A stretch of DNA of 64,000 nt, taken from contig NC_090396.1 in the NCBI RefSeq assembly GCF_036365525.1, positions 22,420,283-22,484,282 on the forward strand, in the 5' to 3' direction. The notes below the pieces were generated by a model. It had not been told where the DNA came from and searched no databases. It saw nothing but the letters and a program-made list of their open reading frames with translations. Each line of letters starts with the position of its first letter. Positions within the stretch are counted from its first letter, which is position 1. Made by a program: the position numbers and the translations under genes. The DNA comes from Heterodontus francisci (taxonomy: Eukaryota). Shown one piece after another: positions 48,408 through 61,252 of the stretch.

Positions 48408-49522
48408 TTTCGATAAGGTTCCCCACGGTAGGCTATTGCAGAAAATACGGAAGTATGGGGTTGAAGGTGATTTAGAGCTTTGGATCAGAAATTGGCTAGC
48501 TAGTGGTTGATGGCAAATGTTCATCCTGGAGTTTAGTTACTAGTGGTGTACCGCAAGGATCTGTTTTGGGGCCACTGCTGTTTGTCATTTTTATAAATGA
48601 CCTGGAAGAGGGTGTAGAAGGGTGGGTTAGTAAATTTGCAGATGACACTAAGGTTGGTGGAGTTGTGGATAGTGCCGAAGGATGTTGTAGGGTACAGAGA
48701 GACATAGATAGGCTGCAGAGCTGGGCTGAGAGATGGCAAATGGAGTTTAATGCGGAAAAGTGTGAGGTGATTCACTTTGGAAGGAGTAACAGGAATGCAG
48801 AGTACTGGGCTAATGGGAAGATTCTTGGTAGTGTAGATGAACAGAGAGATCTTGGTGTCCAGGTGCATAAATCCCTGAAGGTTGCTAACCAGGTTAATAG
48901 GGCTGTTAAGAAGGCATATGGTGTGTTAGCTTTTATTAGTAGGGGGGTCGAGTTTCGGAGCCACGAGGTCATGCTGCAGCTGTACAAAACTCTGGTGAGA
49001 CCGCACCTGGAGTATTGCGTGCAGTTCTGGTCACCGCATTATAGGAAGGATGTGGAAGCTATGGAAAGGGTGCAGAGGAGATTTACTAGGATGTTGCCTG
49101 GTATGGAGGGAAGGTCTTACGAGGAAAGGCTGAGGGACTTGAGGTTGTTTTCGTTGGAGAGAAGGAGGAGGAGAGGTGACTTAATAGAGACATATAAGAT
49201 AATCAGAGGGTTAGATAGGGTGGATAGTGAGAGTCTTTTTCCTCGGATGGTGATGGCAAACACGAGGGGACATAGCTTTAAGTTGAGGGGTGATAGATAT
49301 AGGACAGATGTGAGAGGTAGTTTCTTTACTCAGAGAGTAGTAAGGGCGTGGAACGCCCTGCCTGCAGCAGTAGTAGATTCGCCAACTTTAAGGGCATTTA
49401 AGTGGTCATTGGATAGACACATGGATGAAAATGAAATAGTGTAGGTCAGATGGTTTCACAGGTCGGCGCAACATCGAGGGCCGAAGGGCCTGTACTGCGC
49501 TGTAATGTTCTAATTCTAATTC
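48408..49522 (+). mobile_element. Young 5'-truncated CR1 LINE
   Basis: Begins at FDKVPHGRLL; short deletion near 48500; (ttctaa)n tail. Confidence 0.95.
48503..49444 (+). pseudogene. CR1 ORF2 reverse transcriptase C-terminal half, uninterrupted for 313 aa but 5'-truncated
   Basis: SGVPQGSVLGPLLFVIFINDL, KFADDTK, LVRPHLEYCVQFWSP, RGDLIETYKI, FFTQRVVRAWNALP. Confidence 0.93.
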
Positions 49523-49614
49523 AGTCTATACTCTCTGCTTGTATTAGTTTTTCTCTATCTGCTCAATCGACTCCTTTGATCATATTAAACACCTCAGTTA
49601 GATCACTTCTTAAT

Positions 49615-49920
49615 TTTATATTTTTTTAAAGATACAGCACTGAAGCAGGCCCTTCAGCCCACCAAGTCTGTGCTGACCAACAACCACCCATTTATACTAA
49701 TCCTATATTAATCCCACATTCCCCTACCACCTACCTACACTAGGGGCAATTTACAATGGCCAATTTACCTATCAACCTGCAAGTCTTTGGCTGTGGGAGG
49801 AAACTGGAGCACCCAGCAGTCACAGGGAGAGCTTGCAAACTTTGCACAGGCAGTACCCAGAACTGAACCTGGGTCACTGGAGCTGTGAGGCTGCAGTGCT
49901 AACCACTGCGCCACTGTGCC
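49615..49920 (-). mobile_element. HE1-type V-SINE
   Basis: Reverse complement of the head, V-domain and tail seen at 8543-8870. Confidence 0.88.
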
Positions 49921-50178
49921 AGCCCATATTGACTGTGAGGTGTTCTGGAGAGGTATTACTAGAGGTTAGTTCAATACAAGTCTTGCAATTTCTTTCCTCC
50001 AAAATCCTCCAAGTCGTTCTTGCGTGGCTACTCGGCTTCTAAATCCTTCGGGTTCATTCTAAAATTAGTTTTGACTTTAATTCTGCTGCATCTGCAAACA
50101 CAATCTGCAGAAACTGGGTTACAGCACACAGGATGCTTTTTATTTAGCTGGGAGAGGCTCATATATATTTTGCATGTA

Positions 50179-50336
50179 AGCCAAAATACCGCGGATGCTG
50201 GAAATCTGAAACAAAAACAGAAAATGCTGGAAATGCTCAGCAGGTCAGACAGCATCTCATTTTTACAACTCAAAGAATGTCGGTGGAACATTCTACCAAT
50301 CTCCAGTCAAGAGCTGAGCAATTCCAAAATTTTCTG
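50179..50336. mobile_element. Penelope-derived insertion: long minus arm, spacer, short plus arm
   Basis: 15-bp TSD tatattttgcatgta (50164-50178 / 50337-50351); arm caaaataccgcggatgctggaaatctgaa...cagcatct; remnant ctgagcaattccaaaattttctg. Confidence 0.75.
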
Positions 50337-50447
50337 TATATTTTGCATGTACAAGGTTGTGGGAGTGCTTAGGTCAGAAAGATTATTTTTAAAAAAACAA
50401 CTTATTGAGCTGTAGAATTAAGGGTTTCCCATTGACAGGAGAAATGT

Positions 50448-50872
50448 CAAAGAACAAAGAACAGTACAGCACAGGAACAGGCCATTCGGCCCTCCAAGCC
50501 TGCGCCAATCTTGATGCCTGTCTAAACTAAAAACTTCTGCACTTCCGGAGACCGTATCCCTCTATTCCCATCCTATTCAAGATGCCTCTTAAACGTCGCT
50601 ATCGTACCTGTTTCCACCACCTCCCCCGGCAGCAAGTTCCAGGCACTCACCACCCTCTGTGTAAAGAACCTGCCTTGCACATCCCCTCTAAACTTTGCCC
50701 CTCGCACCTTAAAACTATGTCCCCTCGTAACTGACTCTTCCACCCTGGGAAAAAGCTTCTGACTATCCACTCTGTCGATGCCACTCATAACTTTGTAAAC
50801 CTTTATCATGTCGCCCCTCCACCTCCGTCGTTCCAGTGAAAACAATCCGAGTTTATCCAACCTCTCCTCATT
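50448..50872 (-). mobile_element. CR1 3' end, well preserved
   Basis: ORF 50573-50860 DKLGLFSLERRRWRGDMI...FFTQRVVSAWN; (aaagaac)n tail. Confidence 0.92.
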
Positions 50873-51974
50873 ATGTCCATTATGTAATAACTACAATATG
50901 AATACAGGTGCAGCAGGAACATCCGTCGATCTGGTTTTGACACCCCAGCTGTCATCTCAGGACAGACCAGGGTGGACTTTGGCCAAAGGCAGATAAAATG
51001 TCCTCTGTGGTAAAATAGTCTTTGACCATGTCACCGGTCATCTAAGCTTGCCCCTGAAGAATGGCTGTTTTGGCAAGAGCTCACTCCCATTCCCAAGACA
51101 GGTTGAACCTGGACGTATCCTTCCTATAAGATTTAGTACCAGACCAGCACCCTTTTCCATCAAGAAAATTGCCTTTACATTTATTAGACGAGCAGTGTAA
51201 GGCGGCACTCAAGAATGAGTCTCACCAATTTTCAGGTTCACCATTTGCTGCAGAGAAACCAGTGCAGGGCACAGTTTAAAAAGTGCCCTGGAATCATCTA
51301 GAAACATTTTAAACTTCATTTAACCTTTTTAATGCTAACAATGATTGTGAATTGTACTGTCAACCTTAAAATCTAACTAGCCTTGGCCATAGTTCTGCAC
51401 ACATGTGAAGCATGTACAAAGTTCAGTTTTCCGTGGACAGACAATAGTGCAGAGCTAGCTGTATAACGTGGGCCTGTCAGCTCTGTGTTATTATGAACAG
51501 GTACCTCTCTCCAGTTGATATCTGTAGCACAGTGTGTGTCTTTGTTGTGGTTAGAAGTCACTGAGAAATGATAGTCTTTTGTGCAAACAATAAGGCAAAT
51601 ATAATCTCCCTCAACTCTGTGAAGTGAACGTTCAAAAAAAGAAACTCTTTTTGTCGGAATAAACAGTTCATAATATCTGTCGAGTGACATGTTGCAGATC
51701 ATTCCTTTACAGTCTGTCTGTTAGCATTTTTGAGCAATGAACAAAATGAGAAGAGACTGGAATTTACACTAGTACCATGAGATATATTGCACTTTGAGGT
51801 AAAAACTGCCCTGGTTTTTTCTCTTTATTTGGATTTTTCGAATGGAGATTGGTAGAAAGTTCCACAGACGTTCTATGAGTTGTAAACATTCCTATATCGC
51901 TTAGGGATCATGTCAAATGTTCACAACATAAAGAAAAATGTATGTGAACTTTTGCTGTACCCATACATCATATG

Positions 51975-52935
51975 TCCCAGGTCCAACCATCTTCAGCTGC
52001 TTCATCAATGACCTTTGCTCCATCATAAGATCAGAAGGGAATGTTCGCTGATGATTGCACAGTGTTCAGTTCCATTCACAACTACCCAGATACTGAAGCA
52101 GTCCATGTCCACATACAGCAAGACCTGGACAACATTCAGGCTTGAGCTAATTAGTGGCAAGTAACATTCACAGCACACAAGTGCCAGGCAATGACCATCT
52201 CAAACAAGAGAGAATGTAACCATCTCCTTGACACTCAACGGTATTACCATCGCTGAATCCCCCATCATCATCATCATCCTGGGGCTTAACATTGACCAGA
52301 AACTTAAGCAAAGCAGCTATATAAATACTGTGACTAAAAGAGCAGGTCAGAGGCTGGTAATTATGCGGTGAGTAACTCACCTCCTGACTCCCCAAAGCCT
52401 TTCCACCATCTAAAAGGAACAAGTCAGAATTATGATAGAATGCTCCCCACTTGCTTGGCTGAGTGTAGCTACAACAACACTCAAGAAGCTCGACATCATC
52501 CTGGACAAAGCAGCCCGCTTGAATACCAGCCCATTCACCACTTTCAACAATTCACTCCTTCCCACAACGGCAGCAGTGTGTACCATCTACATGATGCACT
52601 GCAGAAATATTCACCAAGGCTCCTTCAGCAGCACCTTCCAAACCGGCGACCACTACCACCTAGAGAAACAATGGCAGCAGACAAATGGAAACACCACCAC
52701 CTGCAAGTTCCCCTCCAAATCACACACTATCCTGACTTGGAACTATATTACTGTTCCTTCACTGTTGCTGGGTCAAAATCCTGGAACTCCCTTCCTAACT
52801 GTGGTTTACAATTCATGGACTGCAATGGTTCAAGAAGGCAGCTCACCACCACCTTCTCAAGGGAAACTAGGGATGGGCAATAAATGTTGGCCTAACCAGT
52901 GATGCACACATCCCATGAATGAATAAAAGAAATAA
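51975..52935 (+). mobile_element. LINE family B RT/3' part
   Basis: PTIFSCFINDL, FADDCTV, SPLAWLSVATTTLKKLDII; family-B tail. Confidence 0.9.
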
Positions 52936-53224
52936 ACTTGACTGTTCTTTGCATACCAAGAGAAGGAAGGAAACTACTGCAGCATCTATAGAGAGATGTG
53001 AAGAGGGTCACTGAGCATGCACATTGTCTGGTACTGAACTGAACTATGTAGAGCAGGCAGATTCATCGATTGATCAGTGTGGTGTGCGCTGAGTAGCTGA
53101 TCACAGCCAGTATGCACAGTCAGCTGCAGTGTTCTTGGGCAAGGGAGAGAGGAGACAGGCAGGATTCTGTCCCTGTTGATTCACGCTCCGTGACTCTTGC
53201 TGGAGGGTATACCATTTTAGACTT

Positions 53225-53746
53225 GGGTCACCATACCTTGAGGACTGCATTCAGTTCTCGGCATTGCACCTTGGAAGAGGTGCAGCACAGATTCACCAGA
53301 ATCATACCTTCGAGGGTTAAATTATGAAGTCAAGTTGCTTGTATTCCTGTGAGTATAGAAGATTGGCGGGTGATCTAATTGACATGTTTAAGATAACTAA
53401 AGGAGTTGATAGGGTAGATAGGAACTATTTCGGCTGGTGGGGAGGCTGGAACAAGGGGACATTGCCTTAACATTAGAGCTAAGACGTTAAGGAGTAATGG
53501 CAGAATGCATTTCTTCACGTGAAGGGGATTGGAAATCTGGAATCCTCTCCCCCTAAAATGCTGTTGAGGCTGGGGTTCAATTGAAAATGTCAAAACTGAG
53601 ATTAATCATTTTTTGTTAGGCAAGGGTATTAAGGGATATGGAATTAAGCTGGGTGAATGGAATTAAGATACAGATGAGTCATGATCTATTTGAATGGCAG
53701 AACAGTCTAGAGGAGTTGAATGGCCTCCTCCTCTTCCTATGTTCCT
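53225..53746 (+). mobile_element. CR1 3' part, diverged
   Basis: LEEVQHRFTRIIP; tail gaatggcctcctcctcttcctatgttcc. Confidence 0.8.
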
Positions 53747-54294
53747 GAATTCATTGCGGCTGTGATGCCTTCTGTGGCTGAACAGCTCAGCACTGCTGAC
53801 ATCCATAGTTGCCTGGGAAGAACGTTTGTTTTGACAAGATAGTGGACCTCATCCCATCTACAGGAAAGAAAGGAACTGAAACGGGGCCAAAAAAACCACC
53901 CCCACCCCTCCCACCCACCACTTTACCATAACATTAATTTAAAGAAAGGCTGCTATCAAGAAAATAGTTCACATTGTCATTTGTATAAATCATATTATGT
54001 CATTTTGACTGCTTGAGCTGCACTGACATTTAACTGAGACGCTGGTGCCAGACAGATGCCATACTCCAGTGATACACGCTCTTCAAGTGAACTTCAAGTG
54101 GACCCACAGTGTTGAGTCAAACCAGGTCTGAACTGGCTGAAAAGATACTGTCAGGAATAATTGCAGAGAACATGGAGAATGTTCTGCACTAAACGTTGGC
54201 TCGGCCCCATTAATTTTATCGCCGGCAAGATCCAGAGCTGTCTAAAGTGAGCTGAAACTCTCCGGAACCAGCAGGCAAATAACACTACATTGTG

Positions 54295-54795
54295 AACAAC
54301 AATAACAACAACTGTGCATTTATATGGTGCCTGTATGTGTAAAACATACTAAAGCACATCGCAGGAGCATTATCAAACAAAATTTGACACTGAGCTACAT
54401 AAGGAGATAATGGAGCAGATGACCAAAAGCTTGGTCAAAGAGTGAGGTTTTAAGGAGTGTCTTAAAGGGAGAAAGAGTGGTAGAGAGGTGAAGAGGTTCA
54501 GGGAGGGAATTCCAGAGGTCAGGTCCTCAGCAGTTGAAGGTACAGCCGTCAGTGGTGAAGTGATGAAATTCGGACATACACAAGAGGCCAGAATTGGAGG
54601 AACACAGAGATCTTGGAGGGTTGGAGGTCTGAGGGAGTTTACAGAGATGGGTGGTGGTTGGTGAGGCCATTGAGGGATTTAAAACTAGCATGAGAGTTTC
54701 AAAATCGAGGCATTGTTGGACCAGGAGCCAATGTAGGTCAGTGACCACACGAGTGATGGGTCAGTGACACTTGTTGTGAGTCAGGATACAAGGTA
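54295..54795 (-). mobile_element. L2-type LINE 3' part
   Basis: (aac)n tail; minus-strand DLHWLLVQQCLDF matches the L2 LHWLPV..RI.FK motif. Confidence 0.85.
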
Positions 54796-54970
54796 GTAAC
54801 CTGCGAGACATAGCGAAAACCTGTATCCTAGTAACCGTGCCAGTGTGCCATGTGTGGTGCAACAGAGGCTGGTATCACCTCTCTACAAGTGTAGGATAGT
54901 CTGTGGGGATTTTGTTTCCCTCTCAAAAGTACATGGAGAGATTGGATTTGGTCCATTTTTTTTAATTGTG

Positions 54971-55562
54971 GGGCTGAATCTTGCCAGCCATATGGTGATA
55001 GGCTGGGAGGCGGGAGAGCTGGTAATATGGTGGGGGAAGACATCAGGAGGGGTGTGCAACGTCTTCCCACAGGCATAGCATAACACCAGCAGTGGGGACA
55101 TTAGTGGTGGAGCCAATTAAGTGCCCAATTTCAGAGCCACTTCCTGCCCCTGCCAACATTTTGCCTGTGTCGGGAGGGCCTGCCTCCACATGGGGAGACC
55201 ACCGGGTAAACCCTGTCAGCCTCCCAGTGGGTTCCCAGGGTGGGCCTTCCTTACTGGCCATTCAATAGCCCACGGAGGGGCCCTTGGCGGCAATGGCAGC
55301 CCTCGCGGTTAGAGCAGCACCGCTGTAATATGACCGTACCCCTGTAACGATAGCGTTGCCGAGCTGCTGGCCCTCTGATTGAGCCAGCAACTCTGGGAGG
55401 CAGGCCGCCATCCTCAATTGAAGTGTGCTCCCGGCAGTCTCCTGTTAATTGCCCACTGCCAGCAAAATGCCGTCCACAGGACCCGCTGCCCACTGGCGCG
55501 GGGTCGGCTCCCACTTTTGGTCCTGGCAGTGAGACTTTTCAACCTCCAACAAAATTCAGCCC
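54971..55562. mobile_element. GC-rich Harbinger-type MITE
   Basis: TIRs gggctgaatcttg / caaaattcagccc; 3-bp TSD GTG. Confidence 0.82.
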
Positions 55563-56699
55563 GTGGTTTCAGATTTAACTTATTGATATATATCTGAGTT
55601 CAGACAAATGTCCCTGTGCTCACATCTGCTGTAGATGTAAGCAGGCAAAGAACAAGAGGACACATGCTTAACAGTAACAAGGCAGAAACCTTCTCTTCCA
55701 CCCCTACCCCCCACCCCCTTCATCCCCGCCAGGAAAGAAAGCTGGGGCCGAGACAGCTTAAGAAGTTGGGTAAGTATCTGGGATGGTATTGATTGACATG
55801 CATAGGGTTCTGTATTGTGGAGCTATAGGAGGACAAGGGGACAGACCATCAGCATAGGACAGCAGGGGCAGGGTTGAATAGTGGAGATATGAGGATAGAT
55901 GAATATCCTGGAGATGACCTTTGGGGATCAGAGAGTATTTATACAGAAGTCTCACTGCAGAGGTTAAATGGATGAGGGAGAATTCATGAGAAGATAAGTT
56001 GTACATGGCCTATGGAAACAGTCAGTAAAATGACCATACTGGCCTTTTCTCATTGCAGGCTCTGATCCAGAGACAGCATATCAGATCAATCATTCAGACC
56101 AAGTCTTTGTACATCCTGTTACTGCTAAATCTAGATCTGAACAATGTTTCCCCAATTTTTGGCTTCTAAGATTTGCAGAAATTAGCAGATCAAACTCAAG
56201 GTAATGTATGCCATGCCACACCGAGGCACAGTGATTCTTTTTCTGTCTCCATCACCAAGCTTTTGTCCCCAGATGCTCTGAAGACACCATCCCTTGCTGG
56301 GATACAGTTCTATGGGTGCTGGCTGCCCTCACTTAGGTCAGAGGCCAGATGGTTCCATATTGGCAGAGAGGAGCATCACAAACAAACCACAGTCACTAGA
56401 CATTGACCAGCAATGGGAGCCTGTGGCTGAGATTCCCTCTCGCTGGCACAGGAACATGGTGCTCAGTGGTAGGGCCTTGCTGTTGTCTCAGGTGAGATTG
56501 CCTGATGCAGCACAGAGCAATGATTGATTTTGCTGTTTTGTACTGCCCAGTGGCAACAGTATTTAACAACACAGACAAACACAATTTTGTGTGTTTATCT
56601 GGCAGTTTGCTACAAAATGCCACATATTTTCCCCTCAACATTTTATATTAGTTTGTACATTGGGTTAGCTCATGAGGTTATGTATAACATTCAGCTTCC

Positions 56700-57383
56700 T
56701 GTTTCCTAACTCGCACCAAGGTGAGTTCACCTATCGTCCATGCGCTCGCTGACCCACCTTGCCTCCTGGTCCATCAACACTTCAATTTTAAAATTCCCAT
56801 AATTGTGTTCTAATTCCTCCATGGTCTTTCCCCTCCCTATCTCCGTAACCTCCTCCAGCCCTACAACCCTCCGCGATACCTACGTTTCTCCAAGTCAGGG
56901 CTCTTGTGCATCCCCCTCTTCCTTTGCCCCAACATCGGCGACTATGCCTTCAGCCATTTAGGCCCTAGGCTCTGGAATTTCCTCTCTAAACCTCTCCGCC
57001 TCTCAGACTCTTTAATATGTTGTTTAAACATACAAACTTTTGGTCACTTGTCCTAAAGTGACTCGGTATCAATTTTTGTCTAATTAACTCTCCTATGAAG
57101 CACCTTGTTTTTTATTTTAGAAAGCCAGTTGGCGAAGGATAGAACTGGAGCCAATCTTTACACACTTTTAGATATATTTACAGAATTTCACATTACCAGC
57201 ATACACCTCCTCACCCGAACCACCACAGTTTTAGTCTGTATCTCTGTATCTATTTGTAAGGGTTCAAGTGAATGCTCAATTAATACCCACCACCTGCATA
57301 CAATTAAACACAATTAATATACAATTAACACCTTAGGACATTTTACTATGTTAAAAATGTTATATAAATGCAAGTTGTTGTTA
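56700..57383 (+). mobile_element. L2-type LINE 3' part, split by a copia solo LTR
   Basis: tcctaactcgcaccaag...ctcgctgacc; tail tatataaatgcaagttgttgtt. Confidence 0.85.
57106..57330 (-). mobile_element. Solo LTR related to the GalEa-like copia element
   Basis: Reverse complement starts tgttaattgtatat...atgcaggtgg and ends ctatccttcgccaactggctttctaaaataaaaaaca, matching LTR 27080-27291; TSD CACCT, overlapping the terminal CA on the right. Confidence 0.85.
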
Positions 57384-58482
57384 TGTAAGAGCACGCCCTG
57401 GTACATTGAGGTCATTGAAATGATTGCACAGTGTTGAATCCTTTGGGTGGAGCAATCTTATTTTGTTAATGGCAGCCTGAGCAGCTGTTTGCACAGGGGC
57501 TTTGGGGTTCAATTGTATCTTGTTTTGGAAAGGCACAGGGTTTGATCAATATTTAAGATACCATGAGCAGGGCGTCACTCCCCAGTCTTCCCGCACGTGC
57601 CACACTGTTCCCTCTTTCTTGAGGCTGAACCATAATATTTATAAAGAAGGTCTCATATGAGCTGTTGAAATGATTACTTCATGCAACCTTCTGTTCAGGG
57701 AAGACTATTTATCTTTCTCTGCAAGCCTGGCACATTCCTCTCACACCCACATAACTAATAATCAAAGATTACATGAATCCAACTGAATATTGCCGAGACG
57801 GCAGCTCAGAAATCCACTGATTTAGCACCCCCCACCCCCCCCCACCACCACCTATTTATTGTTGTTATTTGATATTAAAACCACCTACCTCATCCCTAAA
57901 TGCAGAGAGCCTTGTGAAAGAGCCTGAAGGAGGGGTACAGCAGTGTTGGGGGAACAAATGACAACCTACAATTTCTGCTTGAAATGCCATTAGGCTCTGC
58001 ATTGTTTTGCTAGCAAAATACAGAGCAGTATTTTAAAAAGAAAGACACCCACACAGATAAAGACATCAAGGAGAGAGGTGGGAGTGATGTCTTTGCAGAT
58101 CTTAAGTGTCTGTAATATCCATTTGTCTGAATTGTGTTAGCTTTTTTAATGGTGCTTCACATGTTTTAGCCTGGCAAGGAAAAGGATACTTCAGGGCTCC
58201 AGAATGCTTAACCTGAGGGCTATCTATAGAATTACACCTGTAGAAAGCAGTTTGGCACATTAAGCCTTTTGGCACACTGTTATGAACTGGGTGGAATGGG
58301 TTTGAGCCTCTGAGACCTGTCCACAAGTCCAGCTCCGGACTGATTTACTAATAGTTATATCTCTCTCCTTACCTTTCACTTTCTCACTTTCTCTTTCTCT
58401 CTTTCACACTCTCTATCTCTCTTTTTCTCTGTCAACAGTAGACATGAGTCCTGGACAAATATAAAATAAAGGGCACCGTTCT

Positions 58483-59188
58483 ACAGAGACCTGTAGGTAT
58501 ATGTGGATAAATCGTTGAAGGTGGCAGGGCAGGTTAACAAATTGGTTAAAAAGGCATCAGGGATCCTGGACTTTTAAATAGAGGCATAGAAAAAACAAGG
58601 AAGTTATCATGAAGCTTTATAAAAAAAACTGGTTTGACCTTAACTGCAGTATTGCGTCCAATTCTGGGCACCGCACTTTCGGAAGGATGTGAAAGCTTTA
58701 TTAAGGGCGCAGAAAAGATTTACCAGAATGAATCCAGAGATGAGAGACTTCAGTTATGTGGATTGATTGTAGAAGCTGGGGTTGTTCACCTTAGAGAAGA
58801 GAAGGTTGCGAGAAGATTTGATAGAGGTGGTCAAAATCAGAGGGGTCCAGACAGAGTAGATAGAGAGAAACTGTTCCCGTTGATGGAACAGTCAAGAATC
58901 AGAGGACACCAATTTAAGGTGATTGGCAAAAGAACCAATAGTGACATGAGGAAAAACGTTTTTTGTAGCGAGTGGTTAGGATCTGGAATGCACTCCCTGA
59001 GAGGGTGACAGAGATAGATTTGATCGGGGCTTTCAAAAGGGAATTGGATAAGCAGCTGCAGAGAAAAACATTGCAGGCCTATGGGGAACGAGTGGGGGAG
59101 TGGGACTAGCTGATTTGTTCTTGCAGAGAGCTGGCATGGACATGATGGGCCGAATAGCCTCCTTCTGTGCTATAACCATTCTATGAAT
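58483..59188 (+). mobile_element. CR1 3' part
   Basis: DRVDREKLFPLMEQSRIRGHQFKVIG; tail gggccgaatagcctccttctgtgctataaccattctatg. Confidence 0.88.
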
Positions 59189-59354
59189 ACAGCCTACAAT
59201 CTGGCATTAATTGCAACTAAGTCGTCAGTTTAACTCAGAGCTTCTAACTGTAGCTAAATGTGCTGGTGCAGTAGGAAGGTGATCCTTAGCATATTGTGGG
59301 ACAGGTTTCAGAGAACTTTACTCCTTACCTAGAAATTCCATATCTAACCTGTGT

Positions 59355-60088
59355 CAGCCATGAGTCAGTGGCAGCACTACTAACTCTGAGTCAGAAAATC
59401 ACAGATTCAGGCCCACTCCAAAGATTTGAGCACAAGATCTAGGCTGATACTCCAGTACTGAGGGAGAGCTGCACAGTGGTGCAGTGGTTAGCACCGCAGC
59501 CTCACAGCTCCAGTGACCTGGGTGCAGTTCTGGGTCCTGCCTGTGCGGAGTTTGCAAGTTCTCCCTGTGACTGCATGGGTTTCCACTGGGTGCTCTGGTT
59601 TCCTCCCACAGCCAAAGACTTGCAGGTTGATAGGTAAGTTGCCCCTAGTGTAGGTAAGAGAATTGAGGGAAGTTGGGGATGTGGTAGGAAATATGGGATT
59701 AATGTAGGTTTAGTATAAATGGGCAGCTGATGGTCGGCACAGACTCGGTGGGCCGAAGGGCCTGTTTCAGTGCTGTATCTCTCTATGCTCATTGAACTGA
59801 GGGCTCTGTCTGCCTCTCAGATAATTGTAAAAGCTCCCAAACACAAATTTGAAGAAGAGTATGGAAATTCTCCCTGGTGTCCTAGCTAATATTTATCCCT
59901 CAACCAACTTCACTGAAACAGATGATCTAGTCATTTATCTCATTGCTGTTTGTGGGGCCTTGCTGCATGCAAATTGGCTGCTGTGTTTCCGACATTACAA
60001 CAGTGAGTAAGTACTGTATTCTTGTGAAGTCCTTTGGGATGCCCTGAGGTTATGATAGGGTCTGTATAAATGCATGTTCTTTCTTTCT
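59355..60088 (+). mobile_element. SacSINE1-like Deu-SINE split by an HE1 SINE
   Basis: tRNA-like head gccatgagtcagtggcagcact...ctctgagtcagaa; Deu-like ctccctggtgtcctagctaatatttatccctcaacc; tail tataaatgcatgttctttctttc. Confidence 0.8.
59471..59790 (+). mobile_element. HE1-type V-SINE
   Basis: Full head, V-domain and tail. Confidence 0.88.
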
Positions 60089-60454
60089 TCCATGCTAGAT
60101 GCTGACAGGGGTGGAATAAACCTTCATTCATTTAACACTGAGCCCCTTGCTGGACAGGAATCCATAAAAACTGCAGCCACCTCTGTGAACTCCTTAGTTC
60201 TGGGACTGCCAGTTACTCTCTGTTGTCCCCAGGCTCTGCCACCCTTTACAAATTTTGGAGATATGGGTTGACCAGGGCTTCTGACCCCTGAGTGAGGATG
60301 AGATTTACATAAAATTCTTAATGAAATGCTTTAACTCAGGACAGAACCAGGGTGGCAATGTGTTGAATGGACAGGATATTATTGCCCCTCCTACTTTTTA
60401 TTGCAAAACGTTGGTGAAGGTCAAAGGATAAAACTGCCGGATATCACTAAGGTA

Positions 60455-60805
60455 AAAGAGTCTGAGAGAGTATCGAGGAGATTTACTAGAATGGTGGTTG
60501 AGGCACTTCAGTTATGTAGAGAGACTGGAGAAACTCGGAGCGTTCTCCTTAGAGCAGAGAAGGTTAAGGGGAGTTTTAATAGAGGTATTCAAAATTCTGA
60601 GGGGTTTTGATAGCATAACTAGGGAGAAACTGTTTCCACTGTTGGGATGGTCGGGAACCAGAGGACACAGATTTAAGATAATTGGCGAAACATCCAGGAT
60701 GGGAATGAGGGACACATTTTTTACGTAGTGAGTTGTTATGATCTGGAATCATTGCCGGAAAGGATGGTGGAATCAGATTCAACAGTAACTCTTAAAAAAG
60801 TCTTG
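60455..60805 (+). mobile_element. CR1 3' fragment
   Basis: ORF 60498-60728 FSYVERLEKLGAFSLEQRRLRGVLIEVFKIL. Confidence 0.85.
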
Positions 60806-61252
60806 AACAAGAAGTACAATCACAACATTAGTAATATCTTCAACTATTAATTAATACTCAAACTTTAACAAATGCAAAAGTCATATGTGTTAATTGATTA
60901 GTAATTCAATAAAACTCAGTGAGTGAAATAGACTAACTGAGAGTCGGAAGATGCAGTCCACTAAGTAGATTTATTGAAAATTATGCACTGGGATACAAAC
61001 ATGTGAATTAGGAAGGAAGTGGGTTTTGAAATAGTTTGACTGAAGAGCATATTGATGGGAGAATAGTTAATAATCGGTGGTGCTTCTGTTTTTGAAAGCG
61101 ATCAACATCTTTCCTTACCCTTGAGGATCAAGCCTTGGTGGCCCTTTATATGACAAAATGTTTTAGTTGGTTTGCAGTTTACCCAAGTCAAATATCCATG
61201 TCTGCTCATTGTGGCATAGTGCTCTACAGACCAGGAGGTGCTTCCCTGTACA

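Noticed and set aside
48503-49444. Longest ORF (313 aa) as a host gene
   Set aside because: It is the 3' half of a CR1 reverse transcriptase inside a 5'-truncated LINE with a typical tail.
53030-53210. Possible ancient SINE-like fragment (gctgagtagctgatcacagcc)
   Set aside because: Too diverged to assign by eye and has no second copy in the window.
56045-56170. Possible exon after the acceptor-like ttttctcattgcag
   Set aside because: The translation (GSDPETAYQINH...) is unrecognisable and soon stops; no supporting neighbouring exons.
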